From an uncultured Salinivenus sp. (GTDB lineage: Bacteria; Bacteroidota; Rhodothermia; Rhodothermales; Salinibacteraceae), in assembly GCA_964612165.1 (NCBI GenBank), contig CAZTDC010000001.1, forward strand, positions 1 to 62,073: 62,073 nt of DNA, read 5' to 3'. Under the pieces are notes generated by a model, which was not told where the DNA came from, ran no database searches, and saw only the letters and a list, made by a program, of their open reading frames with translations. A program made the position numbers and the translations under genes. Position 1 is the first letter of the stretch. Each line of letters starts with the position of its first letter. Positions 49,247-59,856 of this stretch are shown piece after piece.

Positions 49247-50860
49247 CTATTCAATGGACGGGGGTGGTCCCTTCGGAATCGTATCCGGCGTTACGGAAAG
49301 CTTCGCTGGCGCCCCCCGAAGGGTGTCCACAAACGCTTCGACCTGGGACCGGTCGATGACGACTTGCCCAGTGGTGTTCTGCCTCTCAACGGGAAATGGA
49401 TAGCCAGCAAGGAAGAGACGTACGTCCTCCAACTCATTTTCGATGGCGACGCGTTGCTGAAAGGGATAGACTTCTGCCTCCCCTTCCTCAATCCAATAGG
49501 GCCGTTTCAGATCCTCGTCCCGTTGAACGCGAAGACCTGAAACAGGACCGGTAGCGAGCACAGTCAGATAGATGGTGTCGCCGAGTGTGACGTTGGCCGG
49601 GGGCGGCCGAGAAGATGTGGTCGTTGTATCCTCTTGGGCCGTCGAGGTAGCAGACGTGTCTGAGACAGGTTCGGACTGAACCGTCTCCTCTGGTGACGTC
49701 GTGGTCGAGAAATAGGCTATGCCTAAACCGACGAGGACCAAAAGAACCACGACGAACCCGATGCCGGCCCAGATCATTTCCCGCTTCTCCCCCCGCAAGA
49801 ATTGAAGCCAGCCGGAGCGACGTCGAGAACCGGGGTTGGGAGCAGCGGTTGAAGAACCGGGACGTGCCGGCGCGGGGGGCACCTCCTCCCCACCGACCGC
49901 CGTCGGCTCCCCAACGATTCCCGTCTCGCCGGGAGCACCTTCGGGTGGGGAAGCTCCATCTGAATCGGAGGTCTCAGATGCTGGAACGGACTCTTCCCAT
50001 ACTCCTGACGCAGAATCCGCCTCTTCCTCTTGGTCTGACTCGTCGTCCATCCAGGACGGAACGCCTTCCTTCGCGGGATCCGGAGGCTGCTCCGATTCGT
50101 CATCGGATTCCGATTGGTCGTCAGGGTCCGGCACGTCGGATGCTTTCTCCGCTTCCGAAACGCTCTCGGAGTCGGGCGTGGGCGGCGACGCTGCGTCCGA
50201 CCGATCCGATGATGTCCGTAAGGACTTCGAGTGCGGGGACGTCTCCTGCTCGTGAGGCTCCTCTCGGGAGGACGCCTCCTGGTCCGGCGAATCTTGAGTT
50301 GGGGAAGCGTCCTCCCCAGACTCCGATGTCTGAGACGAGGACTCCTCAGACGCTGCGTCCGCTTCCGACTCCTCTACCGTATCCGACTGGTCTTGGAGGG
50401 CACGAGGGGGGCCCACGATGCCGCCGCGTCCCTCGGGTCCACCGGCAGTTGGGGGAGACGAGGAGTGATCGGTCTCCTCCCCTTCCGCCGGGGAGGGCTC
50501 AGGGGCGCCCGTCTCAGTAGAGTCCGACGACGACTCTTCGTCTTTTTCCAAGGGCCGTCCGATAAATTGGTCGGCAAGCGACTTTTCGTAGACCCCATCC
50601 AGTGCCGCGTCCAATCCATCCAAAGCCGCGTGCGTGGAAATTCCTACGGCCTCGGCGTACGCCTGGACGAAGGAGCGCAGATAGACTTCATTGAACGTTG
50701 GGTGCTCATACAGCCCCCCCTGCTCGAAGGACTCAATCAGGGTGCGGGAAATCCGGGTCTCCTTATGGATGTCGTCAATGGTGATTTCCCGATCTTCGCG
50801 GATCAAACGCATGTCTCGGGAAAAGCGCTTCCCGGCAGCTACGCTCGACTCATCAGCCAT
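49247..50860 (-). CDS. RodZ-like protein (N-terminal HTH, acidic linker, single TM, periplasmic domain)
   Basis: IREDREITIDDIHKETRIS...YLRSFVQAYAEAVG; low-complexity D/E/S/P linker; TM WAGIGFVVVLLVLVGLGIAYF. Confidence 0.75.
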   Translation of the reverse strand: MADESSVAAGKRFSRDMRLIREDREITIDDIHKETRISRTLIESFEQGGLYEHPTFNEVYLRSFVQAYAEAVGISTHAALDGLDAALDGVYEKSLADQFIGRPLEKDEESSSDSTETGAPEPSPAEGEETDHSSSPPTAGGPEGRGGIVGPPRALQDQSDTVEESEADAASEESSSQTSESGEDASPTQDSPDQEASSREEPHEQETSPHSKSLRTSSDRSDAASPPTPDSESVSEAEKASDVPDPDDQSESDDESEQPPDPAKEGVPSWMDDESDQEEEADSASGVWEESVPASETSDSDGASPPEGAPGETGIVGEPTAVGGEEVPPAPARPGSSTAAPNPGSRRRSGWLQFLRGEKREMIWAGIGFVVVLLVLVGLGIAYFSTTTSPEETVQSEPVSDTSATSTAQEDTTTTSSRPPPANVTLGDTIYLTVLATGPVSGLRVQRDEDLKRPYWIEEGEAEVYPFQQRVAIENELEDVRLFLAGYPFPVERQNTTGQVVIDRSQVEAFVDTLRGAPAKLSVTPDTIPKGPPPSIE

Positions 50861-51209
50861 GGCAGCAACCCCGTAACGGTACAGTGGACAGTGAATGCCC
50901 CCGGCCTCGGGCGCCCAGTCATTAGACAATTATACGCCCGCGCAAATCCGTACGCAACCACGCGGCTGGGACTGGCATTCATCTGCCATTCCGGACGACC
51001 TTTCACAAGAGCCGCAGCCGAATTCTCCGTTCTACCTGACCATGAATCACCAGATGAGCAAGCCCTGGCCTAGACATCAAGCGCCAAGTTGACAAACGAT
51101 CTCGGAATGAAGGTGGCAATACAAATGCCCGATGGGCAGAAAATGAAGGAAAGCCGTCCTCGGCCCGAAGTGGTTGACGGCCAAGAACGGCGTTGAGAAC
51201 GCTTCTGAT

Positions 51210-51286
51210 TGGTCGGGACAGCCGGATTCGAACCGGCGACCTCCGCTCCCCCAGAGCGGTGCGCTACCGAACTGCGCCATGTCCCG
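51210..51286 (-). tRNA. tRNA-Pro (anticodon GGG), CCA encoded
   Basis: CGGGACA/TGTCCCG acceptor stem, CCGCT-CTGGGGG-AGCGG anticodon arm, GTTCGAATC T-loop, 3' ACCA. Confidence 0.97.
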
Positions 51287-51860
51287 AATCAAGCACGAAC
51301 TGTAATGTAAGAAGCCCGATCAGGTTCTGTCGAGGCATCCTCTATGTCCGTGAGTTCTCGACGAATCTATGCGGCTTCCCAAAGCCAAAAAACCGACTCC
51401 GCCTTTTCAGTGCGCTTTTCAGCTCAGGCACATCGTCGTAGCCACTAAGTGGAAGCGCCGATTCGAACCAGCTGACCAATTATCGAAAGCATCAACGGCA
51501 TCGAATAGGTCACCGACATTGCCCACCGACGGAGCGCGCATCACGCTTGAGCTCCTTCGACCGCTCTCCAGGCCCGACGAACCCAAAATTCTCGAGCCGG
51601 CCGGAATTGAGCGTCGCGTTCGGCACCCAACAACATTTGGCAGGAGGAATCCCTCCAGATCGACCGTGCCTCCTCCGAAAGCAAAATGACTAAAGTCATC
51701 CTCGATTTCGACGTCAAAATGGCTGACGTCTATCCCTCAAGCAACACGGGGAAACCGAAGAAACTTTGACGTGAGAGGTCGCTTTCCGGAAAGACACTGT
51801 TTGACTCTCTCATCGCGACCGCGTGGTGGCTTTGCGGTCCAACCGTCTTCTAATCCTCCT

Positions 51861-54800
51861 ATGCCGTCTCTACCCGTTCGTCAGCTCTGCACCGTACACG
51901 ACCGTCACGCCACTGCTCGCCTCATCGTGTTCGTCCCCCGACTTCAGCTGGGGACCGCTCTTCAGCAGGCCGTCGCCAGGGAACGCGGAAGTACAGCCGG
52001 TCTAACCGCCACGACGATCGAACAGTATGCTCAAAGCCTCGCCAAGTGGTCGCTGAAGGCCGACGGGCGGTCTGAATTGGACGCCGGGAGCCGATATTTT
52101 CTGACGGCGACGGCGCTCCAAACCTTAGATGCCCACCATCGAGACGCCCTCACGGGCAATCAGCCGCTCTCCGGCACGATCGCCCCCCTTGCTCGCACCT
52201 TTGCTACCCTCCGCACGCACCGGATTTCTCCAGACGCCTACCGCCGCCGCACGTCCGACGTACCTCGACAGACAGCCCAGGCCGAGGCCTATGCCCGGTA
52301 CGAAGCGCTGCTGCACGAGCACGACCAATACGATGCCGCGCTACTCTTTGATACCGCCGTGACCCTGATCGCGGAGGGAGGCCTGGATCTCTCTGGGAAC
52401 GTCTGGGCCATCATGGACACCGTACCGCTGTCTGCGGTCGAGCAACGATTTGTGGCCCGCTTGCGGCACCAGGCGTCAATTGAACCGGGGCTGTACCGCA
52501 TCGGCCCCGCTGTGCAGTCGTCTTCGTCCAGCACCGAGCCAGGGCCTCCCCCTCCGTCCGCAGCGGCGCTCTTTAGGGACGCTCCGCTCCCCGACCCTGC
52601 CACCGCCGCCCCCAGCCCCGTTGGTCGAATCGCACTTGCTCCTAGCGCCACCCTCTCCAGCGATGAAGCGGAATCGGTCCGATTCTGGACCGCGACAGGA
52701 CCCCGCCGTGAAGTGCAGGCGGTGTTTGATGATATTCTTGGGCGTGATCGCTCCCTCGACAGAATCGAAATTGCCTACACCAGCCCTGATCCCTACCTGC
52801 CTCTCCTCGACAGCCTCGCGGAGCGTTACGACATTCCCGTTTCGCTGAGCAGCGGACGCTCCATTGACGCCACCCGCCCTGGGCAGGCCCTCCGAGGCTT
52901 CTTCGACTGGGTTGCGAACGGTTGCCCCATCCCCGACCTCATTGGCCTCCTCCGGGCCGGCCTCGTCCGTCTCGACGCGGCAATCGAGGACGAGGACCCT
53001 CCTGAGGTTCTACTCGACAGCCGCCGCGCGGCAACGCTGCTGGCCCAAACGCGCTACCCCGACAACTGCCGCGACTACGCCGACACGTTTGACGCCTGGA
53101 TCGATACCCTCACTGAGGAGATTGAGGGCCTCGAAGCCGCCGAGGCCTCTTGGACGTCCAACTCACTGCGCGACCTCCGAGAAAAGCGAGAAGCCGTCGC
53201 AACGCTCGCCGACGTGGTCCAGCACCTTCTTACACTGTCTCAGATGACGGACCGAAGCCGCGTGCGGCCCACCGCCTTGGCTAGCGGAGCCGAGACGTTT
53301 CTCGAACAGTACGGTCCAACCCCGAAACCCACGACCGACGCAGACGAACACACGCCGGATCAAGCCGCCCGCAATCGCCTCATCGAACGCCTACAGGCTG
53401 TCAGCTCATACAATGAGGCCGCTCCACTTTCGCCTCGCCAGCTTGCGACCCGAATGAGGACCTGGATGGGGCTTTCTCCGTTCGTTCGAGCCCAACAGCC
53501 CCAGCCGGGCCATGCGCACGTGGTTCCGCTCGAAAGTGTGGGCTACGCGGGTCGCGACCACCTTTACATCGTGGGCCTCGACGCCTCCTCCACGACCGCA
53601 ACCGTTTCGGACGACCCCCTACTCGCAGATGAGGAACGTACGGCCCTCTCCGACGAGACTCGGCCGCTCCCCCTCCGCAGCAGAAAGCCGGACGCCGAGG
53701 CCTGGCGCACCCGTCGTGCCCTCGCCCGACATGAGGGCTCCGCCACGCTCGCAGCTAGCACCTACGACCTGACAGAGGGTGAAGACCTGTTCGAAGCGCC
53801 CCTCTACCTCCGCCTGAAGGAGGAAACACAATCTGCCCGCAACATCAAGAGCGACGCCGACGACCCACAGGTACGGCATTACCCGCTCGCCCCTACTCAC
53901 GAGACACTGTTGTCCGATCTGGACCGCTGGACGAGCCGCTCCCAGCCAGCCCCCAACACGCTCAGTGAGGCATTTTCCACCCGCTTCCCCGGGGTTCAGC
54001 ACGGACTTGATGCGGCCGCTGCTCGCGATGCGAACACATACACGACGCACGACGGCCTCCTCTCTGCCCGTTCGTACGATGGCCTAGATCCGCTTTCGCA
54101 GAATCGCCCGGTTTCTGCCGGACGCCTCGAGACCTATGCGCAAGCCCCGTACGCCTACTTTCTGCGGTACGTACTCGGCGTGGATCCCCTCGACGAGCCT
54201 GCGCTCGACGACGTCGCCTGGCTCGACGCGCTGGGGCGCGGCGCTGTTCTCCATCAAACCTTCCGTCGCTTTATGTCGGAGCTGGATCGTCGTCCGACCC
54301 TCGGTGACGAGGCCCAGCTTCGAGAGGTGTTCGAGACCGTGTTGGCAGATCGACGCGCCGAGCTGCCGCCTCCAAGTGAGGTGGTGTTTGCTTCGACCCG
54401 ACGACAGCTCTGGAACGACGCCCTTCTCTTCCTGCGCCTCGAAGCTGCTCGCTCCGATGAGCACTCGCCTCAAGCCTTCGAACTCGGTTTCGGCCTTCCT
54501 CCTCATCGCCGTGAAGAGACCGACTATGCAGAGGCTCCGACGCTCCAGCTTGGGCCGGTGTCCTTTGCCCTGCGGGGCCGCATCGACCGCATAGACCAAC
54601 TCCCCGACGGCACCTTCAGCGTTTGGGACTACAAGACCGGATCCTCCCGCAACTACGATGAAACAGACCTCCTCGGCGACTTTCATCTGCAATGGGCACT
54701 CTATGCCTATGCCCTCGAAGAACTGACGGACGTACGCGTTGAAACTGCCGGCTACTTCTTTACCAGCACGGATGAGATGGGCAAGCGGATCGCCGCTGCT

Positions 54801-55007
54801 CCCTCCGAACACCGTGAGGCCGTCTCCACCATCCTCCAACAGATCGAGCAGAGCATCACGGCCGGAGCATTCCCTCTCACTGACGCTGATGCCCTGCGCT
54901 ACAACTACGACCGTCTCTTTCACGACTACGGCGAGCGCCGCAAACAACTGACCGCAAAAGCGTGGCCGGACGACCGCCCTGCGCCTCCGATCCTCCGCGA
55001 CGATTAG
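51861..55007 (+). CDS. addB: AddB/RexB-like subunit (inactive helicase scaffold plus PD-(D/E)xK nuclease)
   Basis: C-terminal SAGRLETY, RGAVLH, FELGFG, LRGRIDRID, WDYKTG, LQWALYA; directly upstream of the addA-like gene. Confidence 0.75.
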   Translation: MPSLPVRQLCTVHDRHATARLIVFVPRLQLGTALQQAVARERGSTAGLTATTIEQYAQSLAKWSLKADGRSELDAGSRYFLTATALQTLDAHHRDALTGNQPLSGTIAPLARTFATLRTHRISPDAYRRRTSDVPRQTAQAEAYARYEALLHEHDQYDAALLFDTAVTLIAEGGLDLSGNVWAIMDTVPLSAVEQRFVARLRHQASIEPGLYRIGPAVQSSSSSTEPGPPPPSAAALFRDAPLPDPATAAPSPVGRIALAPSATLSSDEAESVRFWTATGPRREVQAVFDDILGRDRSLDRIEIAYTSPDPYLPLLDSLAERYDIPVSLSSGRSIDATRPGQALRGFFDWVANGCPIPDLIGLLRAGLVRLDAAIEDEDPPEVLLDSRRAATLLAQTRYPDNCRDYADTFDAWIDTLTEEIEGLEAAEASWTSNSLRDLREKREAVATLADVVQHLLTLSQMTDRSRVRPTALASGAETFLEQYGPTPKPTTDADEHTPDQAARNRLIERLQAVSSYNEAAPLSPRQLATRMRTWMGLSPFVRAQQPQPGHAHVVPLESVGYAGRDHLYIVGLDASSTTATVSDDPLLADEERTALSDETRPLPLRSRKPDAEAWRTRRALARHEGSATLAASTYDLTEGEDLFEAPLYLRLKEETQSARNIKSDADDPQVRHYPLAPTHETLLSDLDRWTSRSQPAPNTLSEAFSTRFPGVQHGLDAAAARDANTYTTHDGLLSARSYDGLDPLSQNRPVSAGRLETYAQAPYAYFLRYVLGVDPLDEPALDDVAWLDALGRGAVLHQTFRRFMSELDRRPTLGDEAQLREVFETVLADRRAELPPPSEVVFASTRRQLWNDALLFLRLEAARSDEHSPQAFELGFGLPPHRREETDYAEAPTLQLGPVSFALRGRIDRIDQLPDGTFSVWDYKTGSSRNYDETDLLGDFHLQWALYAYALEELTDVRVETAGYFFTSTDEMGKRIAAAPSEHREAVSTILQQIEQSITAGAFPLTDADALRYNYDRLFHDYGERRKQLTAKAWPDDRPAPPILRDD

Positions 55008-55072
55008 TCCCAACCACCTCATCGACTCCCCTCAAACCGAGCCTCCCACGAGGAACCAGCCCAGCGAACCAC

Positions 55073-58000
55073 ATGCCTCTCCCCGACGCTCACACCCGCC
55101 GTCGCATCGGCCCCTGGCACCCCGATCAGCTCCCCGACCTTGGCGACTTCGAGCCGGACACCAACTTTTTGGTCCGCGCTGCTGCCGGCTCCGGCAAGAC
55201 CACTGCCCTCGTGGCCCGCATCGTCGCCCTCGTCCGTTCGGGCACGCCACTCGACGACTGCGCTGCGATCACGTTTACTCGGAAGGCCGCCAGTGAGATG
55301 AAGGCGCGCCTCTACACCGAGCTCCGCATCGCACGGAACCGACTGACCGCCGACCCCGCGGCCGATTCTGCCCAACGCCAACGCGTGTCGCAGGCCCTGA
55401 GCGACCTCCCGCGCTGCTTCATCGGCACCATTCACGCCTTTTGTGCCCGCCTCCTCCGCGAACACCCCCTCGCTGCGGGTGTGCCCCCCGATTTTACGCC
55501 CGGCCTAGACGAGCGCGACCGCGACGACCTCCGACACCGCGTGTGGCAAAACTACCTGTCCGACGTGTGGAACGAGTCTCCTGAACAGGTCCGTCACGTT
55601 GCCGAACTGGGGATCGAACCGTCGGAGCTCGTCCATTTCTTCGGTCAGCTGTGCCGCTATCCCGACCTCACCCCATACGTCGACGGCCCAGAAACGCCGC
55701 CGGATCTGGAAGCAACCGTTCGAGAGCTCCGCCGTGCCGTGGCGGAGTGGAGTCCCGCCCTTCCGGTCGACCCGGCAGACGCCGACGCCAAACCCGGAAC
55801 CGCCGCCTCCACCCTCCGCACCGCCCAGCGAATGCTTGAGATCCGGCCACTGGATGATCCGGCCGCTCAGGCGGCGTTTATCGAACTGTTTGACGGCATC
55901 ACAAAATCAGACACGCGCAAAAGTACGGATACGTCGGTGCGCGGTGATCTTACCAAAGGCCACTGGCTCGATCGGGAATTGGCAGACCGCCTTGACAATG
56001 AACTGCTTCCCAGCCTCGAACGGGAGGTGGTCCAGCCGGCTCTTCGCCGCTGGCGCGCCTACGCCCATCGACAACTGGTCGAGTTTGTCCGCCCCGCCGT
56101 TGCACGCTACGCGGAGCACCGACGAGAGACGGGCCAACTCACCTTTCAAGACCTGCTCGTCTGCACCCGTGACCTCCTGCGTGATCATCCGGAGGCTCGG
56201 CGGCGCCTCCAAGAGCGCTTCCCCCGCCTGCTGGTCGACGAGTTTCAGGACACTGATCCCATTCAGGCCGAGATCCTCTTGTACCTCGCCAGCCGGGATG
56301 CCACTGAGCGCACCTGGCGCAACTGTCAGCCGCGTGACGGCAGCCTCTTCATCGTCGGGGATGATAAGCAGTCCATTTACCGCTTCCGACGGGCCGACCT
56401 CGACGTCTATAGCACGGTCCGGAAAGCCATCGACGACGCTCCCAATGGTGAAGACGTCACCCTGCAAACGAACTTCCGGTCCGTCCCTTCCCTTCTGACC
56501 TGGTCCAACGAGGCCTTCGGTTCCATCTTCGACGACCTCGAGGCTCCCTACCAGGCCGACTACGTGCCCTTCGAGTCGGGTCGCCCTCCTGTTCACACCG
56601 AACAGGAGGTCGTTCAGGCACTCCAGGTGCCCTACGTCAAAGGGGCCTCCTCCACTCGCAAGATCGCCCACCGGAACGCCGATCAGGTCGCAGCACTCAT
56701 CGCTGAGGCCTGTGCAGACGTTTCGGGCGACGGATCGTCCCTCGTTGGCGACACGCCCGGGGACTTCATGATTCTCACCCGAAATACGACGCGCCTGGAC
56801 GAGTTCGCCGAAGCGCTCGCTGAACAGGGCCTTCCATACACCCTCGCCGGCGGCGACGACGTGCAGGCCTCCACGGAATTATACGCCCTCGTGGGCCTGC
56901 TCACCTGCATCGAACGTCCGCAGGACTCTGTGGCACGGCTCGCCTATCTCCGAGGTCCGCTGGTGGGTCTGAGTGACGATGCCCTCTACCGGGTCCGCGC
57001 CTCTGGGGGCTCGTTCGACGGCGACTTTACGCTACCGTCAGCCGTCGCGGACGGCCTCTCGGCCTCTCTCACGGAACGGATCCGCTCCGCGTACGACCAC
57101 CTCCGCAAGGCGAGGAAGCGATTGGACACTCTCCGTCCGGCCGCCGCCATTGAACAGATTGTCGACGACTTGGGCCTCATGGCCCGGACCCGACACGACT
57201 CCGGCATGGGCTCCCTTCACGCAGGACGTCTGCTGCGCGTCCTGACCGACGTGCAGCGTCTTGACGCCGAGGGGTACACCTGGAGTGCAATTCGAGACGA
57301 GCTTCAGCAGATTCTCGACGGCGACCGATCGCTCGATGGGCTCACGCTGGCGACGGGCGCCGAGGACGCCGTACGCCTGCTCAACGTGCACAAGGCAAAA
57401 GGACTCGAAGCACGAGTGGTCTTTCTCGCCGATCCGTACGGCGGAACGCATCCAAAGGACCCCGACGAGCACGTGCGGCGCGACGAGGGCGAAGTGGTGC
57501 TCCCCGTCTACGAACAGCACCGGTACAACCGAACGCTTCGATTTGCACCCGAGCAGTGGGCAACGGAATTCCAGGAGATCGAAGCAAAGTACCAATGGGC
57601 CGAAGAGCAGCGGCTTTTGTACGTGGCCGCGACCCGTGCTGAAGACCAACTGGTCGTCTCCCGCTACCGCTCCCCATCCTGGTCGCAAGAAAAAGGCTAC
57701 TGGGCTCCTCTCTATCCATTTGTCGGCGACGCTCCCTCACTGGAGCCCCCCACTGATCCGCCCCACTTTCACACGGACACTCGCGAGACAACCTTTTCGC
57801 ATGAAGCGGCAGCCGCACGGCGGCAGGACATTAGCAAGCCCACCTATGAAACCACTACTGTTACCGAGGCGCCCGGTGCGCCCCACGAGACTACCCGTCG
57901 AGAGGGATACGGGGCTGCGTTTGGCACCGCTGTGCACCAGCTTTTCGAGTATGCGATCACGCGGCGAAAGTCAATCACTGCCCCAGGCGAGCTAAACGAT

Positions 58001-58411
58001 ATAACAGACGTGGTCCTCAGCCAGCAGGATGTCTTGCACCGACGAGAGACAGCCCAGGGAATGCTCAAAACCTTCCTCAACAGCACGCTTTGGGACGCCC
58101 TGGAGGAAGCAGAACGGATCCACACGGAGTATCCTGTCGCTGAGGTCGCAGACCAAGATCTTCCCACCCTTAGCGACGGCACGATCGACCTTCTCTATCG
58201 CAGGAACGACGAGTGGCATCTCATCGATTTCAAAACGGATCGCGTCTCTGCGTCCGACCATACCGACATGGTCGAACGGTACCGGACGCAAGTCAAGGCT
58301 TACGCCGACGCCTGGGTGCGTGCGACGGGCTGCCCCCTCACTCAGGCTGCCTTGTGGTTCGCCGACAGCGGAAGACGCATCCCGGTTTCTTTCGACGGCG
58401 AGACGGATTGA
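55073..58411 (+). CDS. addA: AddA/UvrD-like helicase-nuclease
   Basis: AAAGSGKTT, ITFTRKAA, TIHAFC, VDEFQD, VGDDKQSIYRFR, NFRS, HKAKGLE, LYVAATRA; nuclease GTIDLL...IDFKTD. Confidence 0.85.
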   Translation: MPLPDAHTRRRIGPWHPDQLPDLGDFEPDTNFLVRAAAGSGKTTALVARIVALVRSGTPLDDCAAITFTRKAASEMKARLYTELRIARNRLTADPAADSAQRQRVSQALSDLPRCFIGTIHAFCARLLREHPLAAGVPPDFTPGLDERDRDDLRHRVWQNYLSDVWNESPEQVRHVAELGIEPSELVHFFGQLCRYPDLTPYVDGPETPPDLEATVRELRRAVAEWSPALPVDPADADAKPGTAASTLRTAQRMLEIRPLDDPAAQAAFIELFDGITKSDTRKSTDTSVRGDLTKGHWLDRELADRLDNELLPSLEREVVQPALRRWRAYAHRQLVEFVRPAVARYAEHRRETGQLTFQDLLVCTRDLLRDHPEARRRLQERFPRLLVDEFQDTDPIQAEILLYLASRDATERTWRNCQPRDGSLFIVGDDKQSIYRFRRADLDVYSTVRKAIDDAPNGEDVTLQTNFRSVPSLLTWSNEAFGSIFDDLEAPYQADYVPFESGRPPVHTEQEVVQALQVPYVKGASSTRKIAHRNADQVAALIAEACADVSGDGSSLVGDTPGDFMILTRNTTRLDEFAEALAEQGLPYTLAGGDDVQASTELYALVGLLTCIERPQDSVARLAYLRGPLVGLSDDALYRVRASGGSFDGDFTLPSAVADGLSASLTERIRSAYDHLRKARKRLDTLRPAAAIEQIVDDLGLMARTRHDSGMGSLHAGRLLRVLTDVQRLDAEGYTWSAIRDELQQILDGDRSLDGLTLATGAEDAVRLLNVHKAKGLEARVVFLADPYGGTHPKDPDEHVRRDEGEVVLPVYEQHRYNRTLRFAPEQWATEFQEIEAKYQWAEEQRLLYVAATRAEDQLVVSRYRSPSWSQEKGYWAPLYPFVGDAPSLEPPTDPPHFHTDTRETTFSHEAAAARRQDISKPTYETTTVTEAPGAPHETTRREGYGAAFGTAVHQLFEYAITRRKSITAPGELNDITDVVLSQQDVLHRRETAQGMLKTFLNSTLWDALEEAERIHTEYPVAEVADQDLPTLSDGTIDLLYRRNDEWHLIDFKTDRVSASDHTDMVERYRTQVKAYADAWVRATGCPLTQAALWFADSGRRIPVSFDGETD

Positions 58412-58459
58412 AGAGGTCCTGGCTCCAGCTGTATGGTCGGCATCGCCCCCGGAAAGGCG

Positions 58460-59782
58460 TTACTGAAACTCCCCGTCGTAGGCTCGGAATCGACGCGAAA
58501 GCTGTTGCCCTCCGTCCATTCCGTCGTTCGACTCAACGAATCGCTTCACCCGTCGAAGGCGCTCCTTCGCGTTCTTGGCCTCCAGATACCCTTCGTCGAA
58601 CAGATCCGGGTCGTTCGCCCGGAGGGATGTCATGCGCTGAACGGCATTCACAATCCCCATCGGAGAGTATCCCGCCTCCCCGAGAAGCGCGGCCGCAATT
58701 CGATCCGCCTCTTTCTCATACTTGAGAAGCCGGTCGTTGACAACCCGTTCGTAGCTTTTCTCCATCATTTTGGCCAGGTCATCCTCGACCTGCTCGTACT
58801 TGTCATCGTCATCCTCGGTCGCCTGCTCGAGCTCAGCAAAGGCATCCTCGGACTTCCGACGGACTTCTCGCTCGTCCATCTCGGCCATGCCGTGATGCCG
58901 AACCACGTGGGCAATCTCATGGGCCAGAAGTCCGGCAAGCTGGGCCTCCGTATCAAAGTGGGTGAACACGCCTCTTGTCAAGAAGATGATGCCGCCCGGA
59001 CAGGCGAAGGCGTCCGGCCCGTCCCCCTCGATGATCACCACGTCAAAGCCCACGTTGTAGTACGAGGTCTCGGCAGTCAACTGCTCGGTCATGAGCGTCA
59101 GGTAACGCTGGACGCGCTGGGTCCGCACAAGCCCCTTGCTTACCAGCCGACTCGCCACGGCAAAGCCAACTTGTTTCTCTTTCACCGAGGGATCGAACTC
59201 TTCAAGATCGACATCTAAGTCCCCGAGATCGAGATCCGACCGGTTTCCTCCTTCCAGGGGCCGTCGAAAATGCTCAATGTCTTGTCTGGTAATCGTCGGC
59301 GTCGACTTGATGTAAGCCAGTAATTCTTTGGTCGATCCCTCCTCAAGCCCTTCGGCCCGCATCTGAAAGCCCCGAACCGCTGCCGCAACCCCAGACTCGG
59401 TCGCTTCCGTCGTCGTCCATTCGTCGGCCACGTCCTCCATAGACACGTTTTGCGTGGATGTGCCCGACCGCACGCTGGTCTTGGCGATCCACCCGGTCCG
59501 ATCATCTGGAAGACGCACGCGGATCCAGCCCTCCTTTCGCTCTAGCACAGCAAGGGGAACGTCCTTCTTGACGGCAACGAGCACCTCGTGAAAGGATCCC
59601 GGCCCCTCCCGAACATAGTTGTTGGAGCGAGCTGTCACGACCACATCGTCTTCCCCCTCCAGGTGAACGGCCGAGCTAGAGCTGCCAGTGACTGCCGTCG
59701 CCCCGAGAAACAGGAACCCGACCAGAAGACTCACTCCGGTCAAGAATGGAAAGACACGATGGGTCCAGATCGAACAGAGCAT
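58460..59782 (-). CDS. Exported SH3b-domain plus M48 metallopeptidase fusion
   Basis: Signal/TM segment, SH3b (VREGPG...GWIRV...GWI), DAFACPGG, AHEIAHV (HExxH), EKEAD. Confidence 0.85.
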   Translation of the reverse strand: MLCSIWTHRVFPFLTGVSLLVGFLFLGATAVTGSSSSAVHLEGEDDVVVTARSNNYVREGPGSFHEVLVAVKKDVPLAVLERKEGWIRVRLPDDRTGWIAKTSVRSGTSTQNVSMEDVADEWTTTEATESGVAAAVRGFQMRAEGLEEGSTKELLAYIKSTPTITRQDIEHFRRPLEGGNRSDLDLGDLDVDLEEFDPSVKEKQVGFAVASRLVSKGLVRTQRVQRYLTLMTEQLTAETSYYNVGFDVVIIEGDGPDAFACPGGIIFLTRGVFTHFDTEAQLAGLLAHEIAHVVRHHGMAEMDEREVRRKSEDAFAELEQATEDDDDKYEQVEDDLAKMMEKSYERVVNDRLLKYEKEADRIAAALLGEAGYSPMGIVNAVQRMTSLRANDPDLFDEGYLEAKNAKERLRRVKRFVESNDGMDGGQQLSRRFRAYDGEFQ

Positions 59783-59856
59783 GATATGAAATGCCGTTTA
59801 TTCATGTGATCGAACGTAGAAGGCGCTCCCATTGGACATCGACAAGGAAAGAGATG

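Noticed and set aside
51210-58411. Genomic island integrated at tRNA-Pro
   Set aside because: No duplicated tRNA 3' end seen, no adjacent integrase, and the flanking genes look like core functions
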